From the NCBI GenBank assembly GCA_001695645.1, contig LVZN01000006.1:1-32000 (forward strand): DNA of 32,000 nucleotides. The letters run 5' to 3'. Positions 24,348 through 30,790 of this stretch are shown piece by piece. A program made the position numbers and the translations under genes. The first letter of the stretch is position 1; every line of letters begins with the position of its first letter. The notes under the pieces were generated by a model. It was not told the origin of the DNA. It did no database searches and was given only the letters and a program-made list of their open reading frames with translations. Source of the stretch: Erysipelotrichaceae bacterium MTC7. Lineage in GTDB: Bacteria; Bacillota_I; Bacilli_A; Erysipelotrichales; Erysipelotrichaceae.

Positions 24348-25547
24348 CTATCTTAGATAGTATTGAAGAGGATTGACCAACCCTGATCTATCCTTTTTCT
24401 TTACTGCTAGTAGATTTGGATTAAGAATGTAATTTACTACATCCATTCCACATCGTCGATACCATCCCAACCTTGAATTTGCAACTTTATAAATATCTTC
24501 ATCAGTGAAGTAAAAGCGTTGTATTCGGTTTAATCTTTGTAGATTTATGAATATTCGTTTTGGTATCTTCCATTGTTTAATGATTATGACTCCTATCTTG
24601 TGTCGTAACCATTCTCCAAACTTCTCAAGATAGATTTTCATACTTCCAATACGAAAGTAGTTAATCCATCCCCTTACGATTTGATTTACTCTTATAAATG
24701 TTGCCGATAATGGTCTTGATGTCGCATGTTTCCTAAGGAGCACTTCCTTAAGTTTTGCATATAGATTTGCTTTTCTATCATTGGTAGGTTTGCATTTCCA
24801 TTTTGGACCATTTTTGAAAAATGTAAATCCTAGAAACTGACTTCTTGTTGGTCTCACTATTTTTGTTTTCCTTGCATTCACTTTTAAGAATAATTTTCTT
24901 TCTAGCCACGATGTGATTGACTTCATTACTCTATTTGCTGCCATCTCACTCTTTACGAATATATTGCAGTCATCTGCATATCTCACAAATCGAAGTCCTC
25001 TTTCCTCTAACTCTTTATCAAATGAATCTAAATAAATATTTGATAGAATTGGACTCAATGGTCCTCCTTGTGGGACACCCTCGGAACTTGGACTTGTTAG
25101 TCCATCTTCCATAACTCCTGCTCGTAAGAATGAACGGATTAAATGTAGTACTTCTTTTTCATTCACTCGCTCTCTAAGTTTTGAGATTAATTTATCATGA
25201 TTTACTTTGTCAAAATACTTTTCGATATCCGTGTCTATGACCCATTCGTACCCCTCGTTAAGGTTTTCAAGTACATTCTCCATTGCATCATGCGCACTTC
25301 TTCCCATGCGGAAACCAAAACTATGTTCACTAAAACATGGTTCATAGATTTCACTAAGTTTTTGTGCAATTGCTTGTTGAATAACTCTATCTACTACTGT
25401 GGGTATCCCTAATGGTCTTTGTTTACCATTTGCTTTTGGTATATAGACTCGTCGTACCGGCATTGGCTTGTATTTCATCTGTATAATGAAGTTAATAATT
25501 TCTCTTCCATTCTCTTTGAAATAACTATCAATTTCACTCACATTCAT
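24348..25547 (-). CDS. group II intron reverse transcriptase/maturase (longest intact ORF; the full frame 24348-25640 is interrupted by an in-frame TAA at 25584-25586)
   Basis: RT motifs are present (RPLGIPTVVDRVIQQA, YADD in RYADDCNIF), along with the maturase X domain (RGWINYF). There is no HNH/En domain. The upstream in-frame segment MRLIEEMFTKENVDKAIR*VKSNKGAPGVDK has its own AGGAGG RBS. Confidence 0.88.
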   Translation of the reverse strand: MNVSEIDSYFKENGREIINFIIQMKYKPMPVRRVYIPKANGKQRPLGIPTVVDRVIQQAIAQKLSEIYEPCFSEHSFGFRMGRSAHDAMENVLENLNEGYEWVIDTDIEKYFDKVNHDKLISKLRERVNEKEVLHLIRSFLRAGVMEDGLTSPSSEGVPQGGPLSPILSNIYLDSFDKELEERGLRFVRYADDCNIFVKSEMAANRVMKSITSWLERKLFLKVNARKTKIVRPTRSQFLGFTFFKNGPKWKCKPTNDRKANLYAKLKEVLLRKHATSRPLSATFIRVNQIVRGWINYFRIGSMKIYLEKFGEWLRHKIGVIIIKQWKIPKRIFINLQRLNRIQRFYFTDEDIYKVANSRLGWYRRCGMDVVNYILNPNLLAVKKKDRSGLVNPLQYYLR

Positions 25548-26182
25548 CTTATCGACTCCTGGTGCGCCTTTGTTACTTTTGACTTACCTAATTGCCTTAT
25601 CTACATTTTCTTTAGTAAACATTTCTTCAATTAATCTCATTCGCTGTTCCTCCTCTGCTTGTAGATGTATTCAAAATCATCCCCATTACTTTCCCAATCA
25701 GTGATTACGCTTCACCTTTCCTTGGTATTCTCATTTTCGGACTATTTGAACATTGCTCATAGTGATTCACACTATACATACATTAAGTCCTTCATTGTCT
25801 AGGCATGACAACTACTATGACCTCAGCTGACTCCTTACGATAAACCTTTTTCGACCGACCCATTTAACGATTACTGTGTTAAAGCTTTCGTGCTTATTCG
25901 TCCGTAAGGTATCCCAGGGTAAGATACATATCTTTTTCACTTTCACAACCTCTTGATTTACTGTCTTGGTTTACGTTTACCCTTTGGACTTCGGTTTGAG
26001 TTGCGCCCTTATCCACCATTTAGCCTTATATCAAGTTTCTGTTCGTAGGCTCGAAAGACTTGCTTCCCCACTTCCTTCACCCCGTCGTCACCGACTTCGG
26101 CTTGTGGTTCGCTACACTTAGCGGTAACACCTGCGGTTGGACTTTCACCAACTAGATATGTATCATGCCTGGCACACTGCAA

Positions 26183-26213
26183 AAAGACATTCACCTTACC
26201 AGCAAATGCCTTT
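26183..26213 (-). terminator. probable terminator of the regulator gene, and the intron target structure
   Basis: Minus-strand RNA AAAGGCAUU-(13 nt)-AAUGUCUUU forms a 9-bp stem with one G-U pair, followed by UUGCA and then the intron 5' end. Confidence 0.5.
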
Positions 26214-26238
26214 CGTTTTCTTATTTCACTTTAAACTT

Positions 26239-28206
26239 TTATAGATTTTTCTCTAAGACAACATCACGTATGATCGCAATGATACGTTCGTTCGTTTTTG
26301 CATTTCGAATATCATTAATCCGTTCTCTATCATCAATTAATTCATAAAATTTGGAGAAGAAACTGTGAATTTCTTTTTGTGTTTCAAAGTCAATCGCAAT
26401 CACAAATACGATATCAACTTCATCATCTTCTGACCATTTGATTGGATAATCCAACTTGATCATTGCCACGCCACTTTTCTTTACGTGTTTACGATATCCA
26501 TGGGGTATCGCAATTCCATTTCCAATAGATGTGGGCTTTATATTCTCCCGCATCATAATCTCTTCTGCAAAACCTGAACTGATGTACTCTTCACCTTTCA
26601 ACAGTTTACAACCAAGCTCAATGATGTCTTCTTTTTGTTTTAAATTGCAGTTGACAACAACCAAAGATTCAGAAAATAACTGATGATCATTCACGATAAT
26701 CTTTTGTTTTTCATATTGTATCTCTTTCACCTTTTTTTCAATTAGATGAAAATCTGCAGTTCCCACTCTTCGGGAGATTTTAAAGGAACGTTCCGCATCA
26801 ATCGGTGTTGTTGTAATAATAAGATCATAATCATCCAAGTTTACTTCATTTAGGTTTTCACTGTAGATGACCTTTGAAATATTAATATATTCAATACTCC
26901 GTTTTATCTTGTTTTCAATATACTTTGAGGTATTCATATCATACGATGTAACCAATAAGGTTTTTAGATCATAGATTGTGTCCTCCATCGCATTGTCAAT
27001 CAACATAACAAAATATGCAATGTCATTTTCCGTAAATTGAATATTCAATTTATTTTCAACAGGAATGATATTAGCAAGCACAATGCCGTAAAGACTAGGA
27101 AGTTGCTTCTTCACATCACGACGAAAGTAATTTCCCGTTATCATTTGAAAACTCTTTTGCATTTTCTTCTTTTGGAAAAACAAACCGATATCACTGATGA
27201 GACCTTCGTTAACAAATAATGTCTTATTGACGATGATGCTTCTTAAACGTTCGATAAAATTACGCGCAATCTCATCATAATACTCTTCTTTGATAAGACT
27301 TGTTGCAACATCGTACGACCCGTGTATACGAAACTGGGCTGCCATACAACGTATTTCAATACTTAAATAGGCTTGCAAATCACCAACGATATTTTCAAGT
27401 AGTGTTTTAGCGGCCGTGTATTCAATGATGGTAATCCGACAATTCACGAGAACATTCTTCTCTAGAATAATGTTTTCCTCTTTCACCCGTAAAATGGATA
27501 CGGCAATGTATTCCAACAGCTGTACAAAAGAGACATCATCATAAGAGAAATCCGTATCTTTCTCCACTTGTTGAAGCAAAGTTTGGACTTCGATGATATC
27601 CAGCTTTGGATACACATTTAAAAAGTAGTTATAGAATCTTTGATCAATTCGAAAATCCAGTACCTCATCAGGACGATGATGTTCCAATTTGGTTTCTTCT
27701 AAACGATCACTGTTGTTGTACATGATGGCCTGGCGAATGTCAAACTCTCCACCTTCAATCCGTACGCCCTTATTACGAACTTTAATAACCTTCAAGTCAA
27801 AATACTGAAGCCATTTTTCGATTACTTCCAAATCACGCAAAATAATGTTCCGACCAACTCCTAAATCATCAGCAAATAATTGTATGGTATAGTTTGAATT
27901 GTTGCGAAACAATATATCCAAGATGTAGTTTTTGCGATATGCAAAAGAGTACGATTTATCACGGTGCTGACTGATCATTTCACCAAGATCTTTACGCACT
28001 TCATTTGTTGCTTTGATCCAAAACCCTTTTCCTGGGACCGAATTTAATATTGCTCCACTCTCGTGTATAAACTTTCGTACATAATCCATATTATGTTTTA
28101 CACTGCTAACAGATACCCCTATTTCACTTGCGATCATTTTTGATGTTATTGGAGTATCTATCTTAAGTAGAATTTGGATTGTTTTTTCCGTTAATGTATC
28201 AATCAT
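26239..28206 (-). CDS. PRD/PTS-regulatory-domain transcriptional regulator (MtlR/LicR-type: HTH-HTH-PRD-PRD-EIIB-like-EIIA-like)
   Basis: Two N-terminal HTH segments are present, followed by a long helical middle region and a C-terminal EIIA-2 domain with GIAIPHG. I chose the ATG at 28206 because GGAGGG lies 5 nt upstream. The ORF-track start at 28218 is a GTG inside that RBS. Confidence 0.82.
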   Translation of the reverse strand: MIDTLTEKTIQILLKIDTPITSKMIASEIGVSVSSVKHNMDYVRKFIHESGAILNSVPGKGFWIKATNEVRKDLGEMISQHRDKSYSFAYRKNYILDILFRNNSNYTIQLFADDLGVGRNIILRDLEVIEKWLQYFDLKVIKVRNKGVRIEGGEFDIRQAIMYNNSDRLEETKLEHHRPDEVLDFRIDQRFYNYFLNVYPKLDIIEVQTLLQQVEKDTDFSYDDVSFVQLLEYIAVSILRVKEENIILEKNVLVNCRITIIEYTAAKTLLENIVGDLQAYLSIEIRCMAAQFRIHGSYDVATSLIKEEYYDEIARNFIERLRSIIVNKTLFVNEGLISDIGLFFQKKKMQKSFQMITGNYFRRDVKKQLPSLYGIVLANIIPVENKLNIQFTENDIAYFVMLIDNAMEDTIYDLKTLLVTSYDMNTSKYIENKIKRSIEYINISKVIYSENLNEVNLDDYDLIITTTPIDAERSFKISRRVGTADFHLIEKKVKEIQYEKQKIIVNDHQLFSESLVVVNCNLKQKEDIIELGCKLLKGEEYISSGFAEEIMMRENIKPTSIGNGIAIPHGYRKHVKKSGVAMIKLDYPIKWSEDDEVDIVFVIAIDFETQKEIHSFFSKFYELIDDRERINDIRNAKTNERIIAIIRDVVLEKNL

Positions 28207-28260
28207 GTTACCCTCCACAGATTGTATTTCACTTCATTACCCCACATACCTAGTACTTAC

Positions 28261-28269
28261 ATGATACCA
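28261..28269 (-). promoter_or_regulatory. candidate extended -10 promoter (TGGTATCAT) of the regulator gene
   Basis: The minus strand reads TTGCAA, a 15-nt spacer, then TATCAT, with TGG immediately upstream of the -10 box. Confidence 0.35.
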
Positions 28270-28342
28270 TATTTAACGATTTTGCAATAAGGACATTTTT
28301 TATGTCAGATGATTACACTGGGACAAAATACATCAACATATA

Positions 28343-28420
28343 AGAAGGTGACTACGTTCAATTTGACGTAGAAACTGACCCGCGTGATGATAAAGCCGTT
28401 AACGTAACATTGGTTTTATT
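28343..28420 (+). pseudogene. remnant of a cold-shock gene 3' end (direct repeat copy 2)
   Basis: About 94% identical to 16550-16628. It carries a 1-nt deletion (GACCCA becomes GACCG) that shifts the frame, and the stop codon is mutated. No start codon or RBS is present. Weaker gapped similarity (TACACT, CAAA, CATCAAC) may extend back to about 28305. Confidence 0.75.
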
Positions 28421-28421
28421 G

Positions 28422-28453
28422 TACAAAAAAAGCAGCTTACGAGGTAGCTGCTT
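28422..28453 (-). terminator. terminator of the ceramidase-like gene (possibly the ancestral bidirectional csp terminator)
   Basis: AAGCAGCT-(6-8 nt)-AGCTGCTT forms a stem followed on the minus strand by TTTTTTTG. It overlaps the stop codon. Confidence 0.6.
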
Positions 28454-29726
28454 CTTTATGTTTTTTATCCAAACGTTTGTTTAATGCGTGAATTTTATCA
28501 TTGATAAAGTTGATAAATCCTTCACCTTCACCTTTTTCATAGTATGTCATATTTGCTTCATAGTATTCCATTTCATATGCACTTTTGTCTGGTAAGTAGT
28601 ATTCATACCCATTCGCATAATTAACCACAATACAATTATCACAATCAATTTTACTTGCTAGTGTTGAGAAAATCTCAAATGGCATAAAGATAAAACGGAT
28701 TGGGCCCAATACCACAATCGCAAAATGGATCTCTTGATTTGGCAAGCCATCGTCATGTTTAATCAAATTGCAGAACATGGTTTCCCCTTCAACAATACTT
28801 TGTAGAAACCGGATTTCCATTGGATCTTGTAAGTTGTCGGCAATCGCTTGTTCTAAGTGTTTTGTTGCTTTTTGTACTTGTGCTTCACAAACTTCAAGCG
28901 ATGGTAATTCGCGTTTTTTCATATCGTATGAATAATGCAATGCATAAATCTCATCCATTGCTACATCACGCGCTTCTGTAAGTGATTCTTTAATTGCCGT
29001 TGCCACAATCTTACCTAAACGTTTCACTTCTCTTGTCGTACTTCCTTTGCGTGTAAAGCGTGTACTTACATTTCCTGATGCACCATTCAAAAACATTTGA
29101 TTTTTAAACTCTGGTAAATGATGAGCAATTCCCCCAACTAAATCGGAAGAGATTACCGTACTATCAGCACGCAGTACAGTAGGATGCACTGGATAGTGGT
29201 ACAGTAAGATTGGTTCTTTTTCTTTACGTTTGAATTGGAATGTAGTGACTACATTGTCCAGAGGAATGTATGGATCATGACGACTTGCAGCCACACCTTG
29301 TACTTCTTTTTGTGAGACCGAACAAGTAAAATCATCCAAATCCATCACTGCATTTTTTACTGCTCGCATACTGCTAATCGCTAAGTGACGCAAGAATGCA
29401 ACATCCACTTCTCCAAATAAATCTTGTAGCGATTTTGTTTCACACACACCTTTTGGTGCGGAATGTGTATGGGTTGCGATAATTTGAATATCACTAAAAT
29501 TATATAAACGTACTTCTAATTCTCTTTTTAACTCATTGTAAAAATGGTAGTCCACAGCAACAATATCTAAGGTTAACCAAAGGTATTGTTTATTTTTTTC
29601 TTTAAACACCAAAGCTTTCGCATAAAGTGGTGAATCAACTTTCGTAGAAATTCGTTCTCCTAAATATCCGGCTAATTCAATTCCAACTTTTGGTGTAATT
29701 TCGACTTGGGCAAAGCCTATTTTCAT
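28437..29726 (-). CDS. neutral/alkaline ceramidase N-terminal-domain-like protein (function unknown in bacteria of this type)
   Basis: MKIGFAQVEITPKVGIELAGY ... IATHTHSAPKG resembles the neutral ceramidase N-terminal signature. I chose the ATG at 29726 because the ORF-track start is a TTG. Confidence 0.65.
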   Translation of the reverse strand: MKIGFAQVEITPKVGIELAGYLGERISTKVDSPLYAKALVFKEKNKQYLWLTLDIVAVDYHFYNELKRELEVRLYNFSDIQIIATHTHSAPKGVCETKSLQDLFGEVDVAFLRHLAISSMRAVKNAVMDLDDFTCSVSQKEVQGVAASRHDPYIPLDNVVTTFQFKRKEKEPILLYHYPVHPTVLRADSTVISSDLVGGIAHHLPEFKNQMFLNGASGNVSTRFTRKGSTTREVKRLGKIVATAIKESLTEARDVAMDEIYALHYSYDMKKRELPSLEVCEAQVQKATKHLEQAIADNLQDPMEIRFLQSIVEGETMFCNLIKHDDGLPNQEIHFAIVVLGPIRFIFMPFEIFSTLASKIDCDNCIVVNYANGYEYYLPDKSAYEMEYYEANMTYYEKGEGEGFINFINDKIHALNKRLDKKHKEAATS

Positions 29727-29842
29727 AACATTCACTTCCCTTCTCAAACATTATTATACCATTGTTTCGGTACTAAATGAAAGATAATGTAAACAGTGTA
29801 ACAGGACTAACTGAAGTTTTCGTGAACTTTCATAGATTTTCA

Positions 29843-29875
29843 AACAAAATAAAAGATGATGTTATCCATCACCTT
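29843..29875 (-). terminator. rho-independent terminator of metA
   Basis: Minus-strand RNA AAGGUGAUG-GAUAA-CAUCAUCUU forms a 9-bp stem with one G-U pair, followed by UUAUUUUGUUUG. Confidence 0.65.
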
Positions 29876-29876
29876 A

Positions 29877-30788
29877 TTATGTAATATCTTTTAAATCGTA
29901 CGGTGTTTCTTGGTAAATGAAATTCAACCAGTTTTGGTATAGCAAGTTTGCATGGGCTCTCCATGTGTAATGTGGCAATTTGGTTGGATCATCATTGACG
30001 AAGTAGTTATGTGGTTTTGCAGTAGCTAATCCTTTATTTGCATCACGTAAATACTCTTTTGCTAGTGTATCTAAATCGTATTCCAAATGTCCTAAGATAA
30101 AGAAATTCTTTTGATCTTTACTCATTAAAATGTTTGATCCTAATTCTGGAATTTTTGATAGCACGCGTAGTTTGTCATGATTGGAAACTTGCTTTTCGTT
30201 GATCCCTGTATAACGCGATTGTGGACAGTCAAAGATTTCATCAAAGCCACCAACCACAAAGTGCTTGCCAACAAGCTCTTGTCGGTAAATTCCAAACAGT
30301 TTTTGCTTGTAGTCAACCTTTTCAATCCCATAGTGATAATACAACCCAGCTTGCGCACCCCAACAAATATGCAAGGTACTTGTGACATGATGCTTTGACC
30401 ACGCCATCACGTTACACAGTTCTTCCCAGTAATCCACTTGTTCAAAAGCAAACTGTTCAACCGGAGCTCCCGTAATAATTAAGGCATCATATGCACGATC
30501 TTTTACATCCTCAAAGCTTAAGTAGTACTTATGCAAATGAGAAATATCAGTATTTTTTGAAATATGCGAATCCATGCGTAAGAAATCAACATCAATTTGT
30601 AGTGGTGTCTTACTAATCAAACGCAACAATTGGATTTCTGTTTCAACTTTTTTAGGCATTAGATTTACAATCAGTAATTTAAGTGGACGAATGTCTTGTG
30701 ACATGGCACGTTCATTGGATAAAGCGAAGATACTTTCCTGATCCAATGCTTTTTTGGCAGGAAAATCATTTTGTACGTTAATTGGCAA
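29877..30788 (-). CDS. metA: homoserine O-acyltransferase (MetA family)
   Basis: MPINVQNDFPA...IRPLKLLIVNLMPKK is the canonical MetA N-terminus, and the active-site context HICWGAQAG is present. The start is a TTG at 30788 with GGAG 8 nt upstream, inside the end of the upstream gene. Confidence 0.9.
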   Translation of the reverse strand: MPINVQNDFPAKKALDQESIFALSNERAMSQDIRPLKLLIVNLMPKKVETEIQLLRLISKTPLQIDVDFLRMDSHISKNTDISHLHKYYLSFEDVKDRAYDALIITGAPVEQFAFEQVDYWEELCNVMAWSKHHVTSTLHICWGAQAGLYYHYGIEKVDYKQKLFGIYRQELVGKHFVVGGFDEIFDCPQSRYTGINEKQVSNHDKLRVLSKIPELGSNILMSKDQKNFFILGHLEYDLDTLAKEYLRDANKGLATAKPHNYFVNDDPTKLPHYTWRAHANLLYQNWLNFIYQETPYDLKDIT

Positions 30789-30790
30789 AA

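Larger units (their letters stand above)
24257..26177 (-). mobile_element. bacterial group II intron, class C (IIC)-like, about 1.92 kb
   Basis: The 5' end reads GTGTGCCAGGCATG (GUGYG). Domain V reads AGCGCCGTATACGAGAACCGTACGTACGGTGC and domain VI has a bulged A 7 nt from the ...CTACCCTAT 3' end. The domain IV ORF encodes an RT/maturase without an endonuclease domain. The intron sits 5 nt after a terminator hairpin. Boundaries are accurate to within a few nt. Confidence 0.85.

Noticed and set aside
26009-26194. 61-aa ORF on the minus strand at the 5' end of the intron region
   Set aside because: It lies entirely within group II intron domain I and starts upstream of the GTGTG 5' splice site. 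It has no RBS. The locally high GC content reflects structured ribozyme RNA, not coding sequence.
16629-28342. The sugar island as a self-mobile integrative element or prophage remnant
   Set aside because: The flanking direct repeat is suggestive. However, the interval contains no integrase, recombinase, transposase, conjugation or phage genes. The only mobility gene is the intron RT, which cannot move the island. It is therefore reported as a repeat-bracketed island and not called a mobile element.
28305-28342. Extension of the csp remnant further 5' (TACACT..CAAA..CATCAAC resemblance to csp codons about 28-38)
   Set aside because: The similarity needs several gaps, including a deletion of about 21 nt, and is too short to distinguish from chance by eye. 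Only 28343-28420 is called.
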